Below are positions 20,182-29,002 of a stretch of 64,000 bases of DNA, piece after piece. The notes under the pieces are model-generated. The model was given only the letters and a program-made list of their open reading frames with translations, ran no database searches and had not been told where the DNA came from. A program made the translations under genes and the position numbers. Within the stretch, counting starts at the first letter, position 1; each line of letters begins with the position of its first letter. The stretch comes from Planctomycetota bacterium (GTDB taxonomy: Bacteria > Planctomycetota > B15-G4), in assembly GCA_965248575.1 (NCBI GenBank), contig CBDFJQ010000002.1, positions 512,001 to 576,000 of the forward strand, read 5' to 3'.

Positions 20182-20274
20182 GCCTTCGGTCCAGCTCGCT
20201 ACCGGACCCGGCTGTCTGGGGCCTGGGAGCGGGGGCTCGTAGCAGATACCTGCGCTGGCTAGAATGCGCGTCCC

Positions 20275-20427
20275 ATGGGACTCCCGCGTGTGATCCAGTT
20301 GCTTGGCGTCGTCACCGTCACCTTCGTGATGGTGCGTTCGTACATGGTGGATTCCATGGCCTTCCAATTCGGCGGGTTGGCCATTGGCGCTGCGCTCTTC
20401 CTGATCGGCAAGCGCATGGAGAGCTAG
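20275..20427 (+). CDS. Small 2-TM membrane protein (50 aa), not in the ORF track
   Basis: MGLPRVIQLLGVVTVTFVMVRSYMVDSMAFQFGGLAIGAALFLIGKRMES*; GC-rich third codon positions; TAGAAT 9 nt upstream. Confidence 0.65.
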   Translation: MGLPRVIQLLGVVTVTFVMVRSYMVDSMAFQFGGLAIGAALFLIGKRMES

Positions 20428-20474
20428 CCGACTGCTCGCTGTGCTGGCAACGCGAAAAACACTTACGGAGCCAC

Positions 20475-22181
20475 CTAGGGGGCGGGCGACAGCAAGTCAG
20501 GGATCGTGATCATCAGGTAGGCGACCTCCGTGTCATCCCGCACCAGCAGCTGCAGGTTCGCCAGCTCATGGATGGTGGCGACATCGAACGGCAAGGCGGC
20601 ACCGTCCTTGGTCCGCAGCCTCAGACGTCCCTTGCTCGACTTGCCGAGCTGGGTCAGTTCACCGATGTCCTGAAAGTCTTGCTTGCCCGGCTCTGTTTCC
20701 ATGGCCACGTGCCAGGTCGAAGCGCTGAAGTCGAGCTTCTTGACCGACACCTCGAAGCGCTCGTCGCCCTTGATCGGTTTGGACGAGATGCGCAACGTGC
20801 CCTTGAGCGAGTTGGTAGGTGCCCCCTTGATGGGGAGCAGCTTCAGCTTGGCAGAGGCGTTGTCGGCTGGGGTGGAGTAACCGGTGGGGGCCGCGCCTTG
20901 CAGCACCAGCTCGCCCAGGGCGACGATTTCCACACGCCGGCCGAAGAGGTCTTCTGTGGACGCGACATCGAAGGGCAGGGCCGTTCCGTCGGACGTGTCT
21001 GCGACGAAAATGAGGTTGCCCTGCTGGGGCGGCGAGCCTCCGTCGTCGGTCTTGGTCAACTTGCCAGCCTCTTCGAACTCGTCGGTGTCGACACCCGTTT
21101 CGACCCACAGGTGGTAGTTCTCGTCGCCGTCGACATCCCAGATGAAAACGTCGAACAGGTCCCTGTTCTTGTGGGGCTGCTGGCGGAGTTTGACCTTGCC
21201 GCCTGCGCCGGCGAGAGGGGCCGGGTTGGGGGTGCTCAGGGAGACCTCGGCTTTGAGGTTCTTCTCCGGGCCGCCCCAGGAGGAAGGCAGCGTGGCCTGC
21301 AGCACCACGTCACCCTCGGAGCGAATCTGCACACGGCGGTCGAGCAGGTCGTTGTTGCTCGAGACATCCAGGGGCAGCTCGTCGCCTTGCTTGGTGTCGA
21401 GCCTCAGTTCGAACTGAGGGTCTTCGTCATCATCATCGTCGTCCTGGTCAGCACCGTTCTGGGTCTGCCCCATGGCATCCAGGGAGCCGATGTTCACCAG
21501 CTTGTCGGAGCCTGGTGGGTCTTCGAGGTAGAGGTCGTGGGTGGTCTGCACGTCGACGTCATACGCGTTGACCTCGAATCGTTCTTTGCCCTTGCTGGCT
21601 TGGGATGACAGGCGCACATCACCCGTGGCGTCTGCGTCCGGTGGATTGTCCGGGCGCACGAGCATCGAGATGGCCTGAAGCGTCTTGCCCTTGGTCGCCT
21701 TGCCGCCTGGCAGGATGGCCCTCAAGTAGAGGTCATCCTCCACACGGATCTCGATCTCACGACCGAAGAGCTGCGCGACGTCCGCCGCCCCCAACGGCAA
21801 GCTGTCTCCCTTCTTGGTCAGGGCTTTCCATTTCATGGAGCCCTCTGACCCCGCCTTGTCTGTTTCCAGTTTCGCCACGAAGCTGAACGTCTTGGTGTCG
21901 GGGTCGAGCGGATCGGAGGCGTCCTGGACGAAGAGCTCGAAGTCGAGATCCGTGTCGACTTGCTTCACCTTCAACTCGAAGCGTTCGTCGTTTTTGTTGG
22001 GTTTCGAGCGCAGGCGCAACGAACCGAAAGCATTGCCGTCGGGGGCGCCGGCAGGGCGGAGCAAGGGGACGGTCCAGGATTGAACGCCCTGGCTGCCGGT
22101 GGGCAGGGCGGCGCTCCAGGCAGCTGGGCCGAGGCCAAGCCAGAGGGCAATTACGCTCAAACCGATGCAGGCAGTCTTCAT
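20475..22181 (-). CDS. Secreted protein with four tandem ~130-aa repeats of unknown family
   Basis: Signal peptide MKTACIGLSVIALWLGLGPAAWSA; four copies of (E/D)(R/L)F(E/D)...T(K/S)xGxxLP. Confidence 0.75.
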   Translation of the reverse strand: MKTACIGLSVIALWLGLGPAAWSAALPTGSQGVQSWTVPLLRPAGAPDGNAFGSLRLRSKPNKNDERFELKVKQVDTDLDFELFVQDASDPLDPDTKTFSFVAKLETDKAGSEGSMKWKALTKKGDSLPLGAADVAQLFGREIEIRVEDDLYLRAILPGGKATKGKTLQAISMLVRPDNPPDADATGDVRLSSQASKGKERFEVNAYDVDVQTTHDLYLEDPPGSDKLVNIGSLDAMGQTQNGADQDDDDDDEDPQFELRLDTKQGDELPLDVSSNNDLLDRRVQIRSEGDVVLQATLPSSWGGPEKNLKAEVSLSTPNPAPLAGAGGKVKLRQQPHKNRDLFDVFIWDVDGDENYHLWVETGVDTDEFEEAGKLTKTDDGGSPPQQGNLIFVADTSDGTALPFDVASTEDLFGRRVEIVALGELVLQGAAPTGYSTPADNASAKLKLLPIKGAPTNSLKGTLRISSKPIKGDERFEVSVKKLDFSASTWHVAMETEPGKQDFQDIGELTQLGKSSKGRLRLRTKDGAALPFDVATIHELANLQLLVRDDTEVAYLMITIPDLLSPAP

Positions 22182-22360
22182 GGTGACGATCAAGGGTGGG
22201 GATTCGGAGCCGGAGAGGGCGGACTCAAGGGATGCTCCGCCGCGCTCACCCCGACGGGGGCGAAGCGATGGAGAAAGTCTAGCAGCGCATGAGCCTGGGG
22301 CGAGTTCTGGGCCGGGGCTAGGCCGGGGCTGGGCAGGTGCCAGGACGTTGACGCTGCGCC

Positions 22361-24175
22361 TTAGCGGGCCGTCATGAGGGCCCTGCGATAGGTCCTCAAC
22401 ACTCGTGCGCGTGTGAGCGAACCGACAAGTTTGTCCTCCACGACCACGGGGATCTCGAAGAGATCTTCACTGTCGAGGACTTCCATGGCGTGCAGCAAGG
22501 TGTCGGCTGGATGGAGCGTCGCCACCGGGTGGGCGCAGTCGCCCGCCAGGAGCAGGTGGTCGAGGTGCTCGTCGCGCAGGAACTCCCGGACGTCCGCCAG
22601 GGAGATGGAGCCCGTGAGGCGCCCGCGTGCATCCACCACGGGGAAGTCGTGTTGATCTGATTGGAGCAGGCGTCGCACGATGCGATCGAAGGTGGTTGTT
22701 TCGACGATCGTCTCGGTGGGAGGTCGCATGGCGTCGCCCACCCGCAAGCGACGCAGGATGGCGGTGTCCTGGTGGTCTCGCAGCAGGATTCCGCGCCGTG
22801 ATAGGGGCAGGGTGTAGATGCTGTCAGGCATCAGGCGCGACGCCACCACCGTGGACAGCACGGAGGCCGTCATGAGCGGCAGGATCAGCAGGTAGTTGTC
22901 GCTCATCTCGAACAGCAGCAGGATGGCTGTCATGGGGGCGTGAGCCGTACCCGCCAGCAGTGCAGCCATGCCCGCCATGGCGTAGGCACCGAAGCCTGCC
23001 ACCTGGCCCGGGAAGATCATCTCGAGGAACTGACCAAACACGCCACCGAACATGGCGCCCACGAAGAGCGAGGGTGCGAACACGCCCCCCGAGCCACCGC
23101 CGCTCAGGGTCATCGACGTCGCCAGCGTCTTGACCACGCCCAGGGCGAGCAGCAGCTTCCAGGTCATGGTCGCCTGGTCGGAGGTGAGCACCTCGGTCAT
23201 GGTGTGGTGCCCTTCGCCCAGCACCCGGGGCAAGACTAGGCCAGCGGCGCCCACGAGCAGGCCAGCGATGACCGCCTTGAGCCAGGCGGGGACCTGCCAC
23301 GCAGCTGCCCGATCTTCGATGGCATACAGGGTTCGCGTGAAGCCCACGGAGAGTACGCCGAACAACAGACCGAGCACGATGTACGCACCCATCTCCCAAG
23401 GCGTCACCAGGGTCAGCCCTTGGCGCAAGGTCTCTGGGATGGCGAAGGCGGGTTCTTCACCCAGCATGCGTCGGGCGGTGACACTGCCCGCAACCGAGGC
23501 GATCAGCACCGGCGAGAAGGCGCTCAGGCTGTAGCTCCCGATCACGATCTCGAGCGCGAACATGACGCCGCCGATCGGCGCGTTGAAGACCGCAGCCACA
23601 CCCGCTGCAGCACCGCAGCCCACCAGGGTGCGCACCGCCTTTCCGTGGACGCCAAAGAAGCGGCCGATGGAGGAGCCGAACGCGGCACCGACCTGGACGA
23701 TGGGGCCCTCTTTGCCGACTGAGCCACCGAGCCCGATGTTCAGCGAGGAGGCCAGCAGCTTGACCCAGCCGATGCGTGCCTTCATCTGGCCGCCGCGCCG
23801 GGCCACGGCCTGCATGACCTCCGGCACGCCGTGTCCGCCGGCTTCCGGGGAGAGCCAGCGCACGATGAGCACCACCAGCAGCATGCCCACGACCACGACG
23901 CCCACGGGGTACAGGAACGGCAAACTGTGATCGCCGCCGTGAGAGAGAGCGGCTTCGGGCACCACGTCGTCCAGGCCCAGCTTCCAGCCCCAGACCAACG
24001 AGTTGATGCCGCGCACCAGGAGCACGAAGGCGACGGCTGCAAAACCCGAGACGATGCCCGCCAAGGCGCCCAGCAGGATCAGGGTCGTGGATTCCCCGCC
24101 GAGCAGGTGCGAAAGGCGCGCCGCACCGTGAAGCAGGCGGCGGTGCAGGGCGTGAAAGGATCGGCGGCGTGGCAT
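22361..24175 (-). CDS. ClC family chloride channel/transporter with two CBS domains
   Basis: GHGVPEV, GKEGP, FNAPIGG, GSGGVFAP, SIYT motifs; C-terminal CBS pair. Confidence 0.92.
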   Translation of the reverse strand: MPRRRSFHALHRRLLHGAARLSHLLGGESTTLILLGALAGIVSGFAAVAFVLLVRGINSLVWGWKLGLDDVVPEAALSHGGDHSLPFLYPVGVVVVGMLLVVLIVRWLSPEAGGHGVPEVMQAVARRGGQMKARIGWVKLLASSLNIGLGGSVGKEGPIVQVGAAFGSSIGRFFGVHGKAVRTLVGCGAAAGVAAVFNAPIGGVMFALEIVIGSYSLSAFSPVLIASVAGSVTARRMLGEEPAFAIPETLRQGLTLVTPWEMGAYIVLGLLFGVLSVGFTRTLYAIEDRAAAWQVPAWLKAVIAGLLVGAAGLVLPRVLGEGHHTMTEVLTSDQATMTWKLLLALGVVKTLATSMTLSGGGSGGVFAPSLFVGAMFGGVFGQFLEMIFPGQVAGFGAYAMAGMAALLAGTAHAPMTAILLLFEMSDNYLLILPLMTASVLSTVVASRLMPDSIYTLPLSRRGILLRDHQDTAILRRLRVGDAMRPPTETIVETTTFDRIVRRLLQSDQHDFPVVDARGRLTGSISLADVREFLRDEHLDHLLLAGDCAHPVATLHPADTLLHAMEVLDSEDLFEIPVVVEDKLVGSLTRARVLRTYRRALMTAR

Positions 24176-24223
24176 CGTCCCCGAGACGATAGGCGGCTGC
24201 CCACGCTGGGGCCAGGGCGAGCC

Positions 24224-25111
24224 TCAGGCGCGCGGGTGCGCCTTGATGTAGACCTCTTTCAGGCGTCGGATACTCACGTGAGTGTAGATCTGTGTCGTGG
24301 ACAGGCTCTCATGCCCCAACAACTCCTGGACCACCCGCAGGTCGGCACCGCGGTCCAGCAAGTGGGTGGCGAAGGAGTGCCGCAGGGTGTGCGGGGAGAC
24401 ATCTTCGGTGAGGCCGGCAGCCGCGGCCCGGGCCTTGACCATCCGGGCGACACTGCGCGAGGTGAGCCGGCCGCCGTCCCGCAGGTTGATGAATAGCGCT
24501 TCCTCCTTGGTTCGGCGCCGCTGCCGAAGGGTCTGGAGACGCAAGGGGAGCCAGGCTTCCACGGCTCGACAGGCGGCGCCTCCGATGAGGCCCAGGCGTT
24601 CCTTGCGGCCCTTGCCGTAGAGGCGCACCGAGCCCCCGCTGAGATCCACGTGGCCCAGGTCGAGCCCGGTGCATTCGGCGACACGCATCCCGGTGGAGTA
24701 GAGCAGCTCCAGCAGCGCGCGATCTCGTAGCCCCGCCGCCTCATCCTCCTGGGGAGCGGCCAGGAGGGCATCCACCTGGGATTCGTCGAGGGTCCTGGGC
24801 AGGTGACGCCCTCGGCGCGGTGTCCGCAGCGCAGCGGCCGGGTTCTTTTCGGCGCGCCCTGTGCGTTGCATCCAGCCGAAGAACCCGCGCAGGGCTGCCT
24901 GCTTGCGCGACAAGGTGGCTCGGCTCGGTTCCTGGAGCGTGGCCAGGAAGGCACGCAGCAACAGGGTGTCGATCTGCGCCGGGTCGTGAACGCCCTCTTC
25001 CTTCGCGAAGGCGAGCAGGGCGCTCAGATCCGAGGCGTAGGCACGCAGGGTGTGCGGGCTGGCCTGGCGGCTGTCCCTGAATTCGGCGAGAAAGGCGTCC
25101 AGCAGATCCAT
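24224..25111 (-). CDS. xerC: Tyrosine recombinase XerC
   Basis: SPHTLRAY, RDRALLELLYSTGMRVAE, GKGRKER, HTLRHSFATHLL..GADLR.VQELLGH.SLSTTQIYTH. Confidence 0.85.
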   Translation of the reverse strand: MDLLDAFLAEFRDSRQASPHTLRAYASDLSALLAFAKEEGVHDPAQIDTLLLRAFLATLQEPSRATLSRKQAALRGFFGWMQRTGRAEKNPAAALRTPRRGRHLPRTLDESQVDALLAAPQEDEAAGLRDRALLELLYSTGMRVAECTGLDLGHVDLSGGSVRLYGKGRKERLGLIGGAACRAVEAWLPLRLQTLRQRRRTKEEALFINLRDGGRLTSRSVARMVKARAAAAGLTEDVSPHTLRHSFATHLLDRGADLRVVQELLGHESLSTTQIYTHVSIRRLKEVYIKAHPRA

Positions 25112-25185
25112 GCCCCAGCACTCGCACGTTCCGCCCCCGGATTCCAGGCTGGGCTCGAGTTTGGAGGTGCCTACACTCTCTCCTC

Positions 25186-26604
25186 ATGGAGTCCCTGCAG
25201 CTCGTCGAACTCGCCCCAGGGCCCCCCCTCGCGCAATTGGCGGCCGCAATGCCTGCACAGAGCCGGCCCGTGGTGCTGGCCGGGGGCGGAGGGCTCGCTG
25301 GAGCGTCCATGGATGCCTGGCGGTACCTGGCCTGGGATCCCATCCAGGTCCTGGAACACGTGGTCTCTGGGCTCCAGGTGTGCGAGCCGAGTCGGCGTGC
25401 ACTGCCTCGCTTGATGGCTGCGCTGGAGCGCCAGTTCGGAGCCCCTGCCGCTGCGAGCGCAGAGCAAGCAGCGTGGGATGGCCCTGCGCTGCCCCCGTTT
25501 TGTGGGGGGGCGGTCGGGCTGCTGGGCTTCGATCTGGGGCGCGAGCTTGAGCTGCTGCCCGACCGGTTGGTGCGCGATGTGCCCCTGCCCGATCTGAGTG
25601 TGGGTCTCTATCCGTTCGTGCTGGCCGAAGAGGTGGAGAGCGGCCGACGGCTGTTGCTGGGGCGCGGCCAGGCCGGGGAGTGGGTCTCGCGCCGGGCGGA
25701 GTTGGAGGCCCTGGCGCGGACCTCCCCAGCACTGACGGGACCGAGCGCCCAGGCAGCTGGGGCGCCCACCAGCACGTTCTCGCGCCGCAGCTACGAAGCG
25801 GCGGTCGAGCGCATCCTGGGCCACATCCGTTGCGGCGACATCTACCAGGTGAACCTCTCCCAGCGTTTTGAGCTGCCGTTTGCTGGTCGAGCCAGTGAGC
25901 TCTTTCATGCCGTGAGCAGCCAGAGCCCGGTGCCCTTTGCATCCCTGATGCGGACACCGGATTGGTCGTTGGTCTCCAACTCGCCAGAGCTGTTCCTACG
26001 ACGGCGCGCGGGCTTGGTGGAGTCGCGACCCATCAAGGGGACCCGGCCTCGTGGTGCAACTCCAGCCGAAGACGAGCGTCTGCGGGTCGAGTTGGAGTCG
26101 AGCGAGAAGGAGCTCGCCGAACTCGCCATGATCGTCGACCTCGTGCGCAACGATCTCGGGCGCTCGGCAGTGGTGGGCAGCGTCACGGTGGACCTGCCCT
26201 TCGAGACAGACGCCTGGGCCACGGTGTTCCATCGCATGGCGCGGGTCTCGGCTCGCTTGCCGCCCGAGATGGACCTGGCGCCCGTGCTTGAGGCGGCCTT
26301 TCCTCCGGCCTCCGTGACGGGCACACCCAAGATCCGGGCGCTCGAGATCATCGAGGCGGTCGAACCCGTGCGCCGGCATGCGTACACCGGAGCTCTGGGT
26401 TGGATCGGTGCCGATGGCGACTGCGACCTCTCGGTGAACATCCGAACCGCAACCCTGAATGAAGGCCGTCTGCTTGTCCCCGTCGGTGGTGGGCTCACTG
26501 TGGGCAGCGACCCGGCTGCGGAATACCTTGAAACCCTGCACAAGGCGCGCGCTCTCTTCGAAGCCGCGCATGTGCCCTTGCCCCATGGGAGCCTGGTTGC
26601 GTGA
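25186..26604 (+). CDS. pabB: Aminodeoxychorismate synthase component I (chorismate-binding family)
   Basis: GDIYQVNLSQRF, SPELFL, SRPIKGTRPRG (PIKGT is typical of PabB), MIVDLVRNDLG, SVTGTPK. Confidence 0.82.
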   Translation: MESLQLVELAPGPPLAQLAAAMPAQSRPVVLAGGGGLAGASMDAWRYLAWDPIQVLEHVVSGLQVCEPSRRALPRLMAALERQFGAPAAASAEQAAWDGPALPPFCGGAVGLLGFDLGRELELLPDRLVRDVPLPDLSVGLYPFVLAEEVESGRRLLLGRGQAGEWVSRRAELEALARTSPALTGPSAQAAGAPTSTFSRRSYEAAVERILGHIRCGDIYQVNLSQRFELPFAGRASELFHAVSSQSPVPFASLMRTPDWSLVSNSPELFLRRRAGLVESRPIKGTRPRGATPAEDERLRVELESSEKELAELAMIVDLVRNDLGRSAVVGSVTVDLPFETDAWATVFHRMARVSARLPPEMDLAPVLEAAFPPASVTGTPKIRALEIIEAVEPVRRHAYTGALGWIGADGDCDLSVNIRTATLNEGRLLVPVGGGLTVGSDPAAEYLETLHKARALFEAAHVPLPHGSLVA

Positions 26605-27476
26605 ACGACCCCAGTCGAGTGTCCGGTGCGTGCGGTTGGATGGACGGCGAGATTCTACCCGTCGACGAGGTTCGGCTCTCGGCCTTCGACCGTACTTTGC
26701 TGTACGGCCTGGGCGCCTTCGAGACCGTGCGCCTGTTCGGCGGCACGGCCTACCTGCTGGATCGCCACATGACGCGCCTGGTGCAATCGCTCCAGGCGGT
26801 GGGTTTGAATGTGCCGGAATCGGTTGGGCAGATTGCGGAGGGTCTGAAGCAGCTGGCCGGGGCCAACGAGAGCCCCGACTGCATTGCGCGCATCACGGTC
26901 ACGGCGGGCACCTCCGCTGATGCGGGGTCAGCGGACCGGCACGTGATCATGGCCCTGCGCCCGGTGGCCTCGACGCAGGGGCGGGTGGTTGTAGGCGTGG
27001 CCGAGTTCGCGCACGACATTCGCTCCCCGCTGGTCGGGGTGAAGTCCACCAGCTACCTGGTGCACTACCTGCTCCGTGAGCGGGCCGAGGCGGCAGGACG
27101 GACCGACGATCTCATGGTGGACACCGTGGGGCACATCTCCGAGGCCACCGTGGCCAATGTCTTCTGCGTGCGGGAAGGGCGTCTGGTGACACCTCCGCTG
27201 AGCGAGGGGATCCTCGCGGGTGTCACCCGGGCGCGGGTGCTCGAGCTGGCGCGGGAACTCGGGCTCGAAGTCTCGGAGGAAGCGCTCCATCGTGACGACC
27301 TGCGTATCGTCGACGAGTGCTTCCTGACGGGATCAGGCAAGTGCTTGCTCCCTGTCGATGTCTTGGAGGAACGCGCGTTGCCGACGGCGCGGCCCGTGGC
27401 GGATGCCCTGCGTGATGCCCTTCGGAAGGATATTGCCGAGCGCTGTGACGTGTCTGAGGCGAGCATCTTGTTCTAG
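26601..27476 (+). CDS. pabC: Class IV PLP enzyme, probable aminodeoxychorismate lyase
   Basis: DRTLLYGLGAFET, KSTSY, SEATVANVF, ILAGVTR; overlaps the pabB stop. Confidence 0.7.
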   Translation: MNDPSRVSGACGWMDGEILPVDEVRLSAFDRTLLYGLGAFETVRLFGGTAYLLDRHMTRLVQSLQAVGLNVPESVGQIAEGLKQLAGANESPDCIARITVTAGTSADAGSADRHVIMALRPVASTQGRVVVGVAEFAHDIRSPLVGVKSTSYLVHYLLRERAEAAGRTDDLMVDTVGHISEATVANVFCVREGRLVTPPLSEGILAGVTRARVLELARELGLEVSEEALHRDDLRIVDECFLTGSGKCLLPVDVLEERALPTARPVADALRDALRKDIAERCDVSEASILF

Positions 27477-27629
27477 CGCTGACGTCCATCCGTCGCCGCC
27501 AGAGCCTGGAGTGCCTGTCGGGCCAGTAGATCCGGTGGATCGTGGCTGGAAGGCCGGGCTACGATGGTGGGGCCGGAGCTGGCAGCCGACACACATTCTT
27601 TTACGCAACACCCTGCGCCGGAGTTCCCC

Positions 27630-28433
27630 ATGCCTTGGCCAACGCACGATCTGTTCCGCGAGAGTTGGCGCTCCGTGTTCGCTGCGCTTTGCGTGATGTT
27701 CCTCCTGTGCGCCGCGAACCCCGCTGTGGGGGATGGCCCCGAGAAGCTGGCAGAGTCTGCGCTGAAGATGTTCAACAAGGCGCTGTCCGACAAGGATGTT
27801 CCCCGCCTGGAAGAGGCGCTGTCGGACTTCGATGCGGTGTACGAGAAGGTCGCGGAGAAGACCGTCAAGAAGTTCCACAAGGCCTACGGCAAGTTGTTCA
27901 AGTTGGCGCCCCGCCAAGAGCAGCGCGAAGATGGCTCCGACCCCCGCTCGGAACTCCTGGGGGCCTACCAACTCGCGTGTGGCACGGTGTTCGACAAGGA
28001 CGGCGGCCAGGAGATTCTCAAGACCGCCCTGAAGCAGGGCCACGTCAAGCAGTGGCCCGACGCCGAGGCCCTCTTCGTGGAGGCCTTGGGGCACCGTCTC
28101 GAGCCTGAGAACGTGAAGACGATCGCGGGCTACCTGACGGATGAGCAATCGGCTGTGGTGCGGGCTGCCGTGAGTGGCCTAGGACTGTTGTCCGAACAGG
28201 ACGTGGCGGTGCGGCGCTCCGCGTGCAAGCCGCTCATTGATGCCTTCCTGAAGCTCTCGAAGGCCGCCGAAAAGGAGGCGAAGAAGGGCAAGAAGGAGGA
28301 TGCCCAGTCCTTGCTTCTGCGCGTCGAGGGGACCTTCCATGACTCGCTGCTGAAGCTGACGCGCCAACGGCTCGACACCGCCGACGGGTGGGCTGCCTGG
28401 TTCAAGGAGAACGGAGCCGGGGATCGCTGGTGA
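27630..28433 (+). CDS. Exported helical (HEAT-repeat-like) hypothetical protein
   Basis: Signal-like segment ending ANPAVG; HEAT-like 'YLTDEQSAVVRAAVSGLG'; C-terminal 'LTRQ...W.AWF'. Start uncertain (27564 or 27630). Confidence 0.65.
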   Translation: MPWPTHDLFRESWRSVFAALCVMFLLCAANPAVGDGPEKLAESALKMFNKALSDKDVPRLEEALSDFDAVYEKVAEKTVKKFHKAYGKLFKLAPRQEQREDGSDPRSELLGAYQLACGTVFDKDGGQEILKTALKQGHVKQWPDAEALFVEALGHRLEPENVKTIAGYLTDEQSAVVRAAVSGLGLLSEQDVAVRRSACKPLIDAFLKLSKAAEKEAKKGKKEDAQSLLLRVEGTFHDSLLKLTRQRLDTADGWAAWFKENGAGDRW

Positions 28434-29002
28434 GTTTCGGACGCTTCCTGCGGGAGAAAATCGTCGAACCGCTGCGGCGGGCTCAGGGGACGCCTGAGTC
28501 CATCGCACGCGGTGGGGCGATCGGCTTGTTCATCGCGCTCACTCCGACGGTGGGGGTGCAGAGTCTCCTGGTGACCGCCGTGGCCGTTCCGATGCGCGCC
28601 AACCTGCCGGTCTCGCTCGTGATGTGTTGGATCACGAACCCCGTCACCTTGATCCCGTTCTACTTCTCGTACTACTGGGTAGGCAGCCTGCTTCTGGGTC
28701 TTCCCCCGGCCGGATATGCACAGATCGGACAGCGGATCTCCGAGCAGTTCGCCATGCTCAATGAAGCGAGTTTCCTGGAGTCCATGAGACCGCTGGGACG
28801 CGAGATCCTCTGGCCCATGTGTCTGGGATCCATGGTCCTGGCCACACTCACAGCCGTGCCGACCTATTGCGTGTTGGTGAGCATCTTTCGCAAGCGGGAG
28901 CTGCTGCGCGCTGCCACCAAGCAGGCGGTCGCCCGGGAAGCCGATCGGCTCGCGACCGTCGAAGAGGGGCCCGCCTCTCCCGCCGATGAGTCGCTCTCGT
29001 GA
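28430..29002 (+). CDS. DUF2062 family membrane protein
   Basis: TPESIARGGAIGLFIALTP, RANLP...WITNPVT; GTGA overlap with the upstream gene. Confidence 0.85.
   Translation: MSFGRFLREKIVEPLRRAQGTPESIARGGAIGLFIALTPTVGVQSLLVTAVAVPMRANLPVSLVMCWITNPVTLIPFYFSYYWVGSLLLGLPPAGYAQIGQRISEQFAMLNEASFLESMRPLGREILWPMCLGSMVLATLTAVPTYCVLVSIFRKRELLRAATKQAVAREADRLATVEEGPASPADESLS

Noticed and set aside
22309..22333. Short GGCCGGGGCT direct repeat
   Set aside because: Only two GC-rich copies without spacers; not a CRISPR array and plausibly chance.
24224..25111. Tyrosine recombinase as a prophage or island integrase
   Set aside because: Length and motifs fit chromosomal XerC; there are no att repeats, tRNA or phage genes nearby.
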